NCBI GenBank assembly: GCA_951406725.2
Contig: OX597822.1
Coordinates: forward strand, 116,312,001-116,376,000
From: Octopus vulgaris
Taxonomy: Eukaryota
Direction: 5' to 3'
Length of the DNA: 64,000 nt
This document shows positions 11,986 through 25,308 of the stretch, one piece after another. The notes under the pieces are model-generated. The model saw only the letters and a program-made list of their open reading frames with translations. It was not told the origin of the DNA and did not search any database. Position numbers and translations under genes: made by a program. How positions within the stretch are numbered: the first letter of the stretch is position 1; each line of letters starts with the position of its first letter.

Positions 11986-12686
11986 CATATAGCATTGGCT
12001 CATTCTGTGATAAGATACCTGACATAGCATGTTCACTAGTATCTATAGTCAAAGTGGAATCTATATTGGTAATGAAAAAATGCACAACAGGACTCTCCGC
12101 AAAAGTACTTTTTAAATTATCAAACGCTATTTGCTGAACATTTCCCCAGCATTTTTTTGTGCAAATTTGCAAATGAATCGATTATTTCTAAATACTTTGG
12201 TAAATAACAACCATAAAAACCAACCTATCATTAATAAAAAAAATGTACTCCAACCCTTTCTCTTATTAGCAACTGGATAAAATATCTTATATTTTCTGGG
12301 CATTGATCTGAGAAGCATCTTCCTTTAGATAGATTATCCAAAAAATATACCTTAGCCTTGATTAATATTCATTCTTCTCAAGTGAGAGACATTCAAGTAA
12401 AATAATGCAATACAATTTTGACATTAAGTTCAGTCTATCCACAGTTGCACTCAGACATTATACAGATAAGCTATTTTATTCTATCCTTCAATGACGTTAT
12501 TATATCTTTGAAGGTCTTTTCTATTGCATTCTGAAAAATGGCTCTGGCAGTTTTATACCAATGGCATTCATGTCCATTTCAATAAATCCATAAGCATGTT
12601 AATTGTAGTCATATCCTTGAAACTACCATCAATCTAAATTTGGTGGTAGTCACTATCAAGGATGAATTTTGCAAGAAAAAAAAATT

Positions 12687-12689
<3 letters not shown>

Positions 12690-12770
<81 letters not shown>

Positions 12771-12801
12771 TGATAATAATAATAACAATAATAATAATAA
12801 C

Positions 12802-12890
<89 letters not shown>

Positions 12891-12892
12891 TG

Positions 12893-12918
<26 letters not shown>
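12690..12918. repeat. (AAT)n microsatellite
   Basis: Direct reading. Confidence 0.95.
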
Positions 12919-12925
<7 letters not shown>

Positions 12926-12989
12926 TTTAAAAAGTTTAAAAAAACTTTTTTTTTTTAGACATTCATTAGTACAACACCCCCACCCCCCA

Positions 12990-13105
12990 AATATATGGCA
13001 CACTAGGCATAACAACAACATGAACTTCCAACCCTGTTGTCTCTTGAGGTCTTTGGGTGAGACTTGGAGCCAACTTGTACAAATATAAAGCAAAAGTCAA
13101 ACATA

Positions 13106-13158
<53 letters not shown>

Positions 13159-13712
13159 GCCCTGATGCAGTACCAGGCAGTGGCTCTCATGGCTTCTGAT
13201 CTTAACTGATTGGAAGTGTTATCATGTACATTGTTTTGTCTTGGTATAAAAGATGGGCTACAGCAAATATTCTGCTCAATACCACAGATTTGCCTGTCAG
13301 TTGTTTGACCTTAACCAGTTGAGCATGTCCCTTAGTGGCTCACGATATGTGCATCTCTGATCACGAGCAGAAGTAGTGGGGGAGCATCATAGACATGTGT
13401 TGAGAGGAATTCTTTGGAGTTTGGATAATTCACCTCTGGAAACATGGGTGGTTCTTTCAACATCCTTAAACAACCCTTATTCAGGGACCGTTTGAGCGGG
13501 ATGGGTTACTCAACCTGAAGAAAATTCTAACTGGGCCCCACCTGCAAGGTCATGTGCTGTTTATCTTGATATGAGATCACCATGTCGCGCACATATGGTT
13601 GTGATGCATGTGCCTGGTGTACCCTTATCAGACGGGTAGTCATGATGGGTATACTGGGCTTCGTATATTTTACCCCAGTGTCACTTTGATGGCATGAACT
13701 GCTCTCTCACTC

Positions 13713-13797
<85 letters not shown>
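12990..13797 (+). mobile_element. (AAT)n-embedded insertion, candidate Dong/R4-type retroelement ends
   Basis: Two unique blocks (12990-13107, 13157-13712), each followed by (AAT)n, interrupt the Gypsy RT. No ORF; the clade call is inferred from the (TAA)n context. Confidence 0.4.
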
Positions 13798-14004
13798 GCT
13801 GAATGAAAGGTGGATTCAATATTTGGAATGGGATACAAATGTGAATAATGCTTATGATTAATGCCTACCTTATAAATAATATATATACACATAAATCTCT
13901 GTTTGATTTTCATATAATATTGATTGGTGAGCATTGCTACCTCAAGGGAGAACACGCTCTGAAATGCCCTAGTTTCTGAGATTCAAAGTACAATATGTCT
14001 TTTT

Positions 14005-14735
14005 ATTTTACTTTTACTTGTTTCAGACATTAGGCTGTGGCCATGCTGGGGCACTGCCTTGGAGAATTTTTAGTCAAATGAATCAACCTTAGTACTTATT
14101 TTTTTTCATTTAAGTCTGGTACTTATTCTATCAGTCTCTTTTGCCGAACCACTAAGTTAAAGGAACATAAACATACCAACACTGATTGTCAAGTGGTGAC
14201 GGGGAACAAACACAGACACACACAGACGCACACACACACAAACACACACATGTACATATACTGGTGATGGTACCACATAAAAAGCATCCAGTCCACACTG
14301 TGAAGTGGTTGTTATTTGAAAGAGCATCCAGCTGTAAAAACCAAGCCAAAACTGACCTCACCTGTGCTGCTGCTACGTAAAAAGCACTCAGTCTGCTCTG
14401 TGGGGAGGTTGGTGTTAGAAAGGGCATCCAACTATAAAAACCATGCCAAAACAGACACAGTAGCCTGGTGTAGTCTCCTACCTGGCTAGCTTGTTGACCA
14501 TCCAACCCATGCCAGCATGGAAGACAGACATTAAATGATGATCATCATCATATATATGTATATACGATAGGCTTCTTTCAGTTTCCATCTACCAAATCCA
14601 CTCACAAGGCTTTTTGTTGGTACAAGGTTATAGCAGAAGACACTTGCCCAAGGTGCCACGCAGTGAGATTGAACCCTGTGAAGCATGTGGCTGGAAAGCA
14701 AGCTTCTTCCCACACAGCCAAACCAAGCCAAGCCT
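14005..14735 (-). mobile_element. SINE A interrupted by an RTE 3'UTR (14260-14550, +)
   Basis: SINE tail at 14005-14250 and head at 14565-14735 flank a two-unit RTE 3'UTR. Confidence 0.75.
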
Positions 14736-14982
14736 ATGTGCACTTTCTTTTAATCTAGTATTAGTTTTACAAAATTTAAGCTTACCTATAGTGTTAATTT
14801 AAACATACCAGATTTGATTAGTCTTGAGCTCCCAATATTTAGTACATCAATCCCAGAAGTACTAGAATTTTTAACACAACCCCTACCATCACAAGTCTAA
14901 CTTCAAATTGAGTGCCTATTTCTAATTTATCTTCAAAGCAGACCAATTTTAGTATTTGATCTACCAAATGAATAAAGTTTAA

Positions 14983-15204
14983 CCCTTTCATTACCAACCC
15001 GGCTGAAACCGGCCCTGGCTCTGTAGTACAAATGTCTTGTTTTCATAAGTTTTGAATTAAAATCTTCCACCAAACCTTGGTCACAATTTATGTTCCTAAC
15101 ACTAGCTTAATTATAACTAAGTAATTTTACTAAATTCTTTGTTATATTTAAAATTAATTGAAAGAAACACAGAACATCTCAAAATAAATACAGTAATGAA
15201 AGGG
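14983..15204. mobile_element. piggyBac-type MITE
   Basis: TTAA target duplication; TIR CCCTTTCATTAC/GTAATGAAAGGG; second copy inverted at 57545-57764. Confidence 0.9.
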
Positions 15205-15674
15205 TTAAGAGTCCTTTATTCTCGGGAAGTTTTGGTTGACCACTGAGTATGCAAAAGGTTCCTAAAATAAAGGTAAGCTTACAGCCTCTATCCACTTCCA
15301 TTTATAAACTGATGCAATTTAACTTGAGGCAAAAGTTTATTTACCTTATCTCTGTATCTCTAAGGTCTCATTATCCACATTTTCTGTTTTTACCTTTCAA
15401 ACTTACTGAAAGTTTTGGGGTTTGTTTTTTTTACTTTTTCTCCAACAGCACTATTTACGTATCTTTCCAGCTGCTGCACATTTTCCCTTTCAGAAACACG
15501 TGTTCATTCATAGCCATAAACTTTACACCTTCAAAACTTTCAGAGGAAAATAAACTGTACTTCATGCGATGAAATAATTTCCTGCTGTTGAATGAATTTC
15601 AAAGATGCATCTGGAGATAGATTTCCCAGTTGAAATCGTTCCACTATCCTTGATCTATTTGATTTTTTTTTTTA

Positions 15675-15869
15675 TCTTTTATCTTTTACTTCTTTCAATT
15701 ATTTAGATTGTGGCCATGCTGGGACATCCCCTTGAAAAATTACAGTCAAACAAATAGATCCCAGTGCTTATTTTTTAAAGCCTGGTACTTATTCTATTAG
15801 TCTCTTTTGCTGAACAACTAAGTTATGGGGATATCAAGTGGTGATGGGAGGACAAACACAGACACAAAG

Positions 15870-15930
<61 letters not shown>

Positions 15931-16087
15931 TGCACACATCAGGTTTCTTTCACTTTCCATCTACCAAATCCACACACACAAGGCTTTGTTCAACCCAAGG
16001 CTATTGTAGAAGACACATGCTTAAGGTGCCATGCAGTGGGACTGAACCCAGAACCATGTGGTCAGGAAGCAATCTTCTTGCCACACA
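15675..16087 (-). mobile_element. SINE family A
   Basis: Similarity to 11048-11465; central (CA)n. Confidence 0.8.
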
Positions 16088-16547
16088 TCTGCAATATTTG
16101 GTTCATGCCTCCAATAAGTTTCATCCAAATCAATACCTCTTCAAAACATGGGTGCCTTTGACCAAGTCTGACATATACAGAAATAGGGTCCAACACAAAG
16201 ATATTGCAAAAAATTAAAACTAGGCTCAGACAATCCTTGATAAAAGGGATACATATCTAATACTTTCAGCAATGACTGCTATTTTTTAGGTTCCATATTG
16301 TTCAATAGATTCTGTAATTTAATTGAAACATATGTCCTCTAGGTACATGGGAATAACCAACAGGGACACTTTCCTAAATGCCCTAAGACCTGCTTTCAAT
16401 AGAAACACATCTGTTATCTCCTGAAGACCACAGCATTCATTATCATCATCCTTCAATTCCTTGGCTCAAGAAGAAGCCACAAAACATCACAACCATATTT
16501 CAACAGAGTCACTATCAGTTCATAATAATTCAGATCCTACAAGCATT

Positions 16548-17050
16548 CATCATCATCATCATCACCATCGTCATCGTTTAACGTCCGCTTTCCATGCTAG
16601 CATGGGTTGAACGATTTGACTGAGGTCTGGCGAACCAGATGGCTGCACCAAACTCCAATCTGATCTGCCAGCTGGATGCCCTTTCTACAGCTGGATGCCC
16701 TTCCTAACGCCAACCACTCTGAGAGTGTAGTGGGTGCTTTTACGTGCCACCAGCACGAGGGCCAGTCAGGCAGTACTGGCAACGGCCACACTCAAATGGT
16801 GCATTTTTATGTGCCACCTGCACAGGAGCCAGTCCAGCAGCACTGGCAACGACCTCGCTCGAATGTTTTTTTCAAGTGCCACCAGCACAAGTGCTAGTAA
16901 GGCAACGCAGGTAACGATCCACTCGAATGGTGCTTTTTACGTGCCATCGGCACAGAGGCCAGCTTGTTGCTCTGGCAACGATCACGCTAATGGGGCACTC
17001 TTAGCAGTCCACTAGCACGAATGCCAGTCATTGAATTTGATTTTGAGTTT
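16548..17050 (-). mobile_element. RTE LINE 3'UTR with 4-5 internal repeat units
   Basis: (CAT)n tail; TACGTGCCAC-like motif at ~16741, 16808, 16873 and 16938. Confidence 0.85.
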
Positions 17051-17211
17051 GTGGAGTACATAATTCAGCAACAAGTGAATGTAGTAATATCAGAAATAGG
17101 TAGAAGTACATAAATGGAAAATTCTATTCAGCCATAAGTCTACAAAGATCAACTTAGGACTGCGACCAGCTATAATTGTGTACACAGGCATACCATGTTA
17201 TAATGTCAGCA

Positions 17212-17766
17212 GAATTCTGGATTAAGCACCCCAAAATAACCCCTCATAATTTTTTCTATTCTGGGAAATTTTCAGAAAATATTTGCAAATTTGTGTTTCT
17301 ACTCATAAGAATTCATACAATTATGAAAAGCCAATTTTTTTTTTTTTGTATGTGTGACTTAAGGGTTATTTGGCTGTTGTCTTTAGCATATCTCAGGACC
17401 ACCTTGATACCTTCCTCATTTCTTTGTCATTCTGGCCTGTATTGATGTTTTTCAATATTTTTCTTCCTCTAAACATATCTAATGGAATGACAATGCACCT
17501 AAGGGTGGTCCATTGATGGACTTTAAGCAAAGAATTCAGGCTGTCCATAATTTAAACTCTGACTTAAAAAAAAAAAGATTAAAAAAAGCGTGAAACTTTT
17601 AGGATTTATGGGGTGGGAGGTTTAAAAGATTTTTTAAATTCTTTTTTTTTTTTTCATAATCATATGAATTCCCGTGTGTAGGACACAAATTCACAAAGAT
17701 TTTTTTTTTAATTCCAAAAAATAAACAAGTTATGAGGAGTCATGTGTGCTGCTTAAACCAGAATTC
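17212..17766. mobile_element. Non-autonomous DNA transposon with long (~120 bp) imperfect TIRs
   Basis: GAATTCTGGATTAAGCA..CCTCATAA..AATTTGTGT..GAATTCATA..ATTATGAAAA is mirrored at 17651-17766. Confidence 0.65.
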
Positions 17767-18407
17767 CACCATAATGTCTTTACTTTTCTCATCTCCTGGT
17801 TCTGGCTTCTCTTGTCACATAAACCATTCTGTATAAGGATGCCAGAGATTTATTATCATCAACAGATATTTTTACTCATTCTTCTAACTGCCTGGGTGTA
17901 ACCAGAGTAGTGGAAATGATAAAACAATTAATACAAGATAATATATAACATATCATGTGACAATACTATAAATCTAGTTATACTTCATACTAAGTACTTT
18001 CTTCATATTACTTCCAAATATATGGTCATTGTCATTTTTACATTCACTTTGCCATGCTGATATGGGTTGGTCAGGTCATCCTGGACCATATAAGTTCTTA
18101 TTTGAAGCTACAACTCATCTAAACAAACCAGGCCCACATTTTGTTCATATACTCCATTTTGGGTATATTTTCTATACCCTTCTTATCAGTATTCGCTTTA
18201 CAGAATGTACTGGGTGCATTTTATTATGGCACCAGCACTAGAGAGGTTATTATGTCTTCAGTAACACTAAAGAGTTCTCTCTACTGTACACTGTCTCCAT
18301 TCATTTGCCAACCACTTTACCAAACGTACTGCATCCATTTTATAAAGGCACCGTTACTAGAAATGTTGTCTTACAATCAGCAAGACTAAAGAGTCCTCTC
18401 AACCCTG

Positions 18408-18448
<41 letters not shown>

Positions 18449-18469
18449 CACACATACAAAAGAAACATC

Positions 18470-18830
18470 TTTTATTTTTTACTTGTTTCGATCACTGGAC
18501 TGTGGCCAAGCTGGGGCACCACTTTGAAGGATTTAGTCAAACAAATCAACCCCAGTATTTTTTTTTTCGTAAGTCTAGTACTTATTCTATAGGTCTCTTT
18601 TACAAAACAATTAAGTTACAGGAGCCTCAACACACCCAAACTGGTTATTAAGTGGTGTTGGGGACAAATACAAACACTACACACACACACACACATGATG
18701 GGTTTCTTTCAGTTTCTATCTATCAATTCACTCACAAGGTTATATTAGAAGACACTTGCGTGAGATTCCACACAGTGGGACTGAACCCCAAACCATGTGG
18801 TTGGAAAGCAAACTCCTTACCACAGAGCCA
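18470..18830 (-). mobile_element. SINE family A, diverged
   Basis: Similarity to 11048-11465. Confidence 0.75.
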
Positions 18831-19155
18831 AGCACATACACACACACACATACACACAAACATACATATGTGCCCACATATACATACAAACATACTTATT
18901 CATATATAAATGTATATGTACACACATTATCAACCTTATATAGATAAAAATCAAAATTGTAATTTTTGTCTTCAAGATTTGAACTCAGAAAGTGAAATGT
19001 CTAAACTGAATTCCCTTAAATATGCCTCTTATCACTTTACAACCCCAATACACCGAAATTAACATGGTCATTGTAATTTCTTCTATGATGATAACACCAA
19101 AATCAACTGAAACAAGATCATAAATTTGAGAAAATTCAGTTCATGTTAACATATA

Positions 19156-20623
19156 CGAGGGTTGTATGAAAGCAATACAAAAATATAGGCATGACTTTTT
19201 TTTAGCTGACGTAGGTTGTTGAAATTGCACATCTTGGAAGATTAACTCTTCTTCCTTCATTGTAACCCTTTTTGCTGTTCTTCTTCATTGCAGGCAAATA
19301 ATGGGTTCCAAGCAAAAGCTATGTGCCATCATTGTATTCTCGATCGAGGAGGAGTGCAGCCTGTCCGACATCTACAGAAGGCTGTTTACAGAGTTAATAC
19401 CACTGACAAAAGCAATGTGCACAGATGGATGAAGTATTTTAAAGAAGAGGGCAAACCAGCACTGAAGTCAGACTATGCAGTGAGAGATCATCAAGTGTAA
19501 CTACTGACATGAGTTGCTCAGGGATGAGCAAACTGATCCATGAAGACAGACATGGCAAAATCCATGAGCTTGCTGCACAACCAGTCAGTCGTAATGCATT
19601 ACTGAAGATGGTAGAAGACTTAGGGTATTAGAAAGGGTGTACAAAGTGGGTACTTTGGCAGGTGACACCCAATTTGAAGAAGTGAAGGATGATAGTCTAC
19701 AATGATCAGTTAGAAGTATTTGAAGCCAGTGAAAAGGCACCCATGCTGGTGACACATTAAAGGCACCCAGTACGCTCTATGGAGTGGTTGGCATATGGGA
19801 GGGTATCCAGTTGTAGAAACCAAGCCAAAACCGACTGGAACCTGGTACAGCTCTCCAGCTGTAGTCAAACAGTCAAACATCTCTAGATGTCAAACAGTCT
19901 AACCCATGACAGCATGGAAAACAGATGTTAAATGATGATGATGATGATGATGAGGAGGAGGAGGAGGAGGAGAGCAAGATTTCTTTTCCAATCAGCTGAT
20001 ACAGGTATATCTTTATGATCCAGAAACGAAGGCTCAGACCATGAAATGACATCTCTTCAAGAACTTCAAGAGCCAGCAATCAGCACAGAAACTCATGACT
20101 GTTTGGTGGGGAATGACAAGAGCATCCTTTGATTTTCTGAAACAGGGCTGTAGCACATGACCAGCAAGTGGCATATTGAAACGTTCAAAAAGATTATGGA
20201 AATCTCATTCACCTTGATAATGCGCAACAACACACATTTCTGGCAACTGGTCAGGCAATCATCAAACTGGGTTGGTTCGGTAGTTCCCCAGTCGCCATCC
20301 AGCCTTAATCTGGTGCTCTCCAACTTCTACCTGTTCAATCCAAAGAAGGACAGTCTAGCAGGGGCAACAACTTAATGGCACACATGAGGTGTAAGTGGCA
20401 GTGAAGAAGTGAGTCCAACAGTATACGCCTGAATTTTTCTATAAGTATTTAAGAATTCGCTTTAATGATGGAATAAATGCATCACTTGTGATGGGGAGTA
20501 TGTTGAGTAGTACCTTTGTACAAAGTTACAGTTATTCTACTGACATTTGTAATTTGACTGCTCAATGTCAGCTAATAAAGAAGTTATGCCCTTTTTTGTG
20601 TGTTACTTTCAGTATAACCCTTA
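19156..20623 (+). mobile_element. Decayed mariner transposon with nested RTE 3'UTR (~19740-19970)
   Basis: TA-CGAGGGTTGTATGAAAG ... CTTTCAGTATAACCCTTA-TA ends; HTH remnant VYRVNTTDKSNVHRWMKYFKE; PQSPSSLNLVLSNFYLFNPKK matches the degenerate HPPYSPDLAPSDF motif. Confidence 0.85.
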
Positions 20624-20734
20624 TATAATGCAGAAAGCAATGGAAATCTTATTAGAAATAATTATGCAGTTAATAAAAAACAATATTAGTCAATGACAAA
20701 TGTTACTGCAATTATTTCAAGTAGAGGAGGAAAA

Positions 20735-20774
20735 TCTGAACATGTTTTAGCCTTATTATGGCCTCATCAACAAA
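20735..20774 (-). ncRNA. Decayed hammerhead motif
   Basis: Minus strand uuug-UUGAUGA-ggcc-auaauaa-ggcu-AAAA-c-au-GUU-caga; stems are retained but the core has two changes. Confidence 0.4.
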
Positions 20775-21052
20775 GCACAGATTTCACTGTAAATGTCAAA
20801 GTAAGAGCAGACTACAGTTAGTTCAAATTATCTCCTTCATGACTAGTATGTTTCATCTTTCCCAGGCAGAGAGATGAAAAAAATGCTGCTTCTAGAAAGA
20901 TCTCCACTCAATCAATACAACAAAAAAAAAAATGATAGTTAGTTCTATTCTGTCATTTTTACCACCTGATAACAATTTATTTTTACCTCAGAACAAAGCC
21001 TGTTTAAATGATCCTGCTATATTACTGGTATTAATTTCATTGTTAAACTTAA

Positions 21053-21499
21053 CCCTTTAGCATTTAAACCAGCTATATCTGGCCAAAATATTCTGTTTCA
21101 TGTTCAAACTGACCAGATCTGGCATCTCACACTTACCCTACTATGTTATTCTAAAAATAAACATTCATGTCATTGAAATTTCAGAGCTACAAGACAATCC
21201 TTACTGCTAAAGGCACAAGGCCGGAAATTTTGGAGGAGGGGATTAGTCAATTACATCAATCCCAGTGCTTCACTGGTACTTAATTTATCGACCCTGAAAG
21301 GATGAAAGGCAAAGTCAACCCCAGCGAAATTTGAACTCAGAACATAAAGACGGAAGAAATACTGCTAAGCATTCTGCCCGGCGTGCTAACAATTCTACCA
21401 GTTCGCCACCTTAAAAGCTACAAGGTAATGCATGACTAATGCAAATCGATGTGAATAAATAAGCATAAAACTTGTCAGAGTGATCGAAATATTAAAGGG
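21053..21499. mobile_element. piggyBac-type MITE with nested SINE B (21200-21413, minus)
   Basis: TTAA-CCCTTTAG...TTAAAGGG-TTAA ends; the SINE is flanked by AGCTACAAGACAAT / AGCTACAAGGTAAT (21185-21198, 21416-21429). Confidence 0.85.
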
Positions 21500-22784
21500 T
21501 TAAGGGTGTAAAACTGTAAGCACTGCTGAACCGAAACCAAACATGTGGTTGCTCAACCTGCTATAATTAACAACCAAATCGTGCCCAAATCCTGCTGCCT
21601 TATAAATGAAGGACACAAAAAAAGAAATATAGGGTTACAGTTGGAATGCTTTTGATCATAAATCTACTCAATAAGAGATATCTTATAACTAAAGAACCAA
21701 GAGAATCATGAAGCCACAGACAGATGCCACCACCAAGATCAAGGGAAGTGTTTGGTGCTAGTGTTTGGTGTTTTAACTAAATTTCACAACTTCCTGTACA
21801 AAGAAGAAAGTTAAAACTGTATAACTAGAACAATCTTGTTATATTCTAGACATGGAGGGAGGGAGAGGGGGAGAGGAGGGGAGGAGAAAGAAGGGAGAGG
21901 AGAGGGAGAGAAAAGAATGAGTTTAGGGACAGAGTCAGTGGCAGAGGGTAAAAGTAAAAGGAACAATTAAAAGAAAAAAAAAAGGTGTCTGACATAAATG
22001 TCATTTGGAACAGAAGTGTTTTGAGGAGGGTGGGTGAAGAGGGAGTAATTCCAGTGAGAAGTGGGCAAAGGAGTTAGGTTTAATTACTGAAGTAATTAAA
22101 TCAGGGGTCACAGGGTGCTTTGGTGGAGCAGAGGGGGAGTTTGAGTGGCTTCAATTACTGGAGGTTTTTTTTTTTAAATAGATGTTTTCTTTGTCTAGTT
22201 GTTCATTTATTGTTTTTTTTTAATTCAATAGGAGTAAACCAGGAGAACTGATGCTAAGAGATATTTAAAGAGAGAGAAAGAGAAAATGGTGGGAGACAGA
22301 GAGAGAGAGAGAGGAGAAAACAAGACAGTGTGAGAAGAGAAAGGGAATAGGGAGAAATAGGGAGAAAAAAAGTAAGGGAAATGAGAGGAAAATATGCAAT
22401 TAAGAGAGAAGTGAAATAGAATGAAAGAGAATGTTCCCCTTGGTGGGAATGTTAGGAGGAGAAACAGAAAGAGACGGAGGTAAAGAAATGCTTCATTGGA
22501 AGACTTCTTTCTCTGGATTGGTAAAGAGTGAAGGAACTGAGGAAAGAAGAAGGAACAAAGAAAGAAAAAGGAGTGAAAAGGATCTATTCCCCATTATATA
22601 ATTAATTCAAACAGTCTCTCCAGGATTCAAAGATTGCATCAGTGTGTGCTTGTGTGTGTGTGTGTCTGTCGCATATGCGTGTGGGAGTAAAACTGTATGT
22701 TCTCATGTGTACTTAAATGTGTAATCATGCAGTTATGTAACAGTATGTGTATGTGTGTATATATATATATATATCAGTGTTGTT

Positions 22785-22827
22785 CAAAGAGATGAATAGC
22801 TTTTTGTGGAAACCATGGTTCGCTTTG
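22785..22827 (+). ncRNA. Hammerhead variant with A3:U8 core, at the start of a (TA)n-flanked element (22775-23152)
   Basis: caaagag-AUGAAUA-gcuuuuugug-GAAA-c-caug-GUU-cgcuuug: stem I 6/7 paired, palindromic stem III ACCAUGGU, weak stem II. Confidence 0.55.
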
Positions 22828-23306
22828 TTTTCTGACTTTATTATCATCTTATAATCATCTCATAATAATGACTTTTATGACTCTTATTACTACCTCAGTC
22901 CATCTAAATGTATATATTTGTCGTTACCTGTCATAAATAACCTTTTTCTATTTGCAATTTGCATTTTCGTTGATTTTTCATATTTTACCCTTACATTTCC
23001 ACGTGTATTTTATATTTTCTTTCTGTAACATATTTCTACTATATATGTAAATATAGTACAAAGTAAGATAAGGGTTATGAATGTAACCCACTATGGGATA
23101 TCCGTAAGTTGATGAACAAGATGAATTTGTTTCTCCATTTTCTTATTTGTATTATATATATATATATCACGGAGATGTACTTGCATAGCAAGTGACTTCA
23201 TCTGAGATCGTGTGCTGAAGCAAAAACAATTGCAGTGTGGAAGGTGTTTATAAGCCATTTAAAAGCACACAAAAACCGTTAGATTCCCTTCAACATTTAA
23301 ATTTAA

Positions 23307-23357
23307 TTTGCCAAAATATTTTCGTCGCTTTGAAACCAAGACCTATTCACTGACAAA
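23307..23357 (-). ncRNA. Hammerhead variant with G3.U8 core, in a (TA)n-flanked element (23167-23372)
   Basis: Minus strand uuuguca-GUGAAUA-g-guc..gac-GAAA-a-ua-UUU-uggcaaa: stem I 7 bp with one G.U, palindromic AAUAUU. Confidence 0.6.
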
Positions 23358-23934
23358 ATTGCGTGTTGTTATAAACATATATATATATATATATACAAAT
23401 GCATGCAGTCATAAGTCTATGTAGGTGGTGGAGGAGAGCATACATAAATGTATAGTGGCAAGTAGCTATGTAAAAGGATATGTGTAAATATGTGTGTATG
23501 TGAGCGTGCGCATGTGTGAGTGTGCATGTATGTATGTACATCTGTGTTCTTGTTTGGCCCCAGGTCAGTGTTGATCAAACAGAAATATGATCAAAAGCAT
23601 TCCAGAAGTAAACAAACTGGCTTAATATGCAGGAAACTAAGGGCCACATTATGCAATGCATTTCCTCTAAGGCAACATTTCCAAAACCTATTTTTCCCCC
23701 AGACTCCACAATAACTTCCTAGAAAAATATATTGATGGTTGGGAAAAAAAACAACTGTATTTTAACTATTTTATTACAATTATTTAATACAAAAGAATCT
23801 ACCGGTAACCCTTTTATTAAGTAAAAAAGGATGTTTGCAATTCCATGCCCCACTAAAAAAAAAAAAGAAAATAATTGAATCTCATGCCCCACCAGTGGGG
23901 TGCATGCCCCTTGTTATGAATCACAGCTCTAAGA

Positions 23935-24575
23935 TCATCATCATCATCATTGAACATCCACTTTCCATGCTGGCATGGATTAGATGGTGTCACTGGAACT
24001 GGTAAGCCAAGGAGCTGTACCAGGTTCCAGCCTGATTTGGCATGGTTTCCATGGCTGGATGCCCTAACACTCCCAGAGTGTAATGGGCTCTTTTACGTGC
24101 CATTTACATGACACCAGCAATGACCACAACTATGATTTCATGGGTTTCATTTACACAATACCAGCAGGGTATCAAGGGAATTTGGCTGGTAATTCCAGCA
24201 AGTCAGTCGATGGCATGCATGTGCTTATTTGTAAGGTGGCACATAAAAAGCACCATCCAAACGTGGTCAATGCCAGTGCGCCTGACTGGCGCCTGTGCTG
24301 GCGCCTGTGCTGGTGCCTGTGCCGGTGGCACATAAAAAAGCATCATCCGAACATAGTAAATGCCAGGTCCGCCTGACTGGCTCCTGTACCAATGGCACGT
24401 AAAAAGCACCCACTACACTCTCAGAGTTGTTGGAATTAGGAAGGGCATCCAGTTGTAGAAACTCTGCCAGATCAGACGGGGGCCTGGTGCAGCCTTCTGG
24501 CTCTCCAGACCTCAGTCAAACTGTCCAACAGCTGCTAGCATGGAAAACGGATGTTAAACAATGATGATGATGATA
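23935..24575. mobile_element. Two divergently oriented RTE 3'UTR copies
   Basis: Minus copy ~23935-24140 with (CAT)n; plus copy ~24225-24575 with three GTGGCACRTAAAA-type units and (GAT)n. Confidence 0.8.
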
Positions 24576-24859
24576 TATATGTATGTGTGTGTGTGTGTGG
24601 ACGTGCTTACATTACTATGTACTGTTTGGTTGTATGAACATAAATATACATGTTACAAATGCATGCAAGTCTCCTCTCTACAGTGTGCATATATAAGGAT
24701 GTATGTACATGTTTGAGTGTGAGTGCAAATAGGTGCATACGAATGGGTATGTCTGTGCATGGGTGCTGCCATGCTGGTTGTGGCATGTTTGGATGGATGG
24801 ATGATTTGTATGCATGAATGCATGCAGGTATAAATATTTAGATGCACATTCATGTATAC

Positions 24860-25308
24860 AATGGCTGTGTGGTAAGAGGCTTGCTTCCAAACTACATGGT
24901 TCCAGGTTCAGTCCCACAGCGTGGCACCTTGGGCAAGTGTGGTAAGAAGCTTGCTTCCAAACTACATGGTTCCAGGTTCAGTCCCACGGCGTGGCACCTC
25001 GAGCAAGTGTCTTCTGCTATAGCTTTGGGCTAACCAAAGCCTTGTGAGTGGATTTGGGAGACAGAAACTGAAAGAAGCTCATCATGTATGTGTGTGTGTG
25101 TGCCTGTGGTTGTCCCCATGCCATTGCTGGACAACCAATGCTGGTATGTTTATGTCCCTGTAATTTAGCAGTTCAACAAAAGAAACTGATAGAATAAGAA
25201 CTAGTCTTACAAAAAATAGGTTCTGGGGTCAATTCCTTTGACTGAAACCCTTTAAGGTGGTGCTACAGCATGGCTGCAGTCAAATGAGTGAAACAAGTAA
25301 AAGAATAA
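24860..25308 (+). mobile_element. SINE A with tandemly duplicated tRNA head
   Basis: GTGTGGTAAG..CTTGCTTCCAAACTACATGGTTCCAGGTTCAGTCCCAC..GTGGCACCT occurs twice, ~70 bp apart. Confidence 0.85.

Larger units (their letters stand above)
9440..16545 (-). mobile_element. Decayed Gypsy/Ty3 LTR retrotransposon gag-pol, split by later insertions
   Basis: Domains in PR-RT-RH-IN order on minus: protease MEVDRG (15301-15284); RT YKVGINHK..YPIPNIE (~13.8-13.9 kb) and MP-GIKTARAIFQ (~12.55 kb); WGNVQQIAFDNLK..TIDTS..GILSQ (~12.1 kb); RNase H IEK..FLLGSKF..DH (~10.95 kb); integrase LHSW..LIIVD and QLNGIA..VQTI (~9.8-10.1 kb). Many stops and frameshifts; LTRs not found. Confidence 0.75.

Noticed and set aside
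15260-15350. Apparent GT..AG mini-introns on minus here and at ~10880-10940, suggesting a host gene
   Set aside because: The supposed introns encode Gypsy protease (MEVDRG) and RNase H motifs, and the flanking frames have stops.
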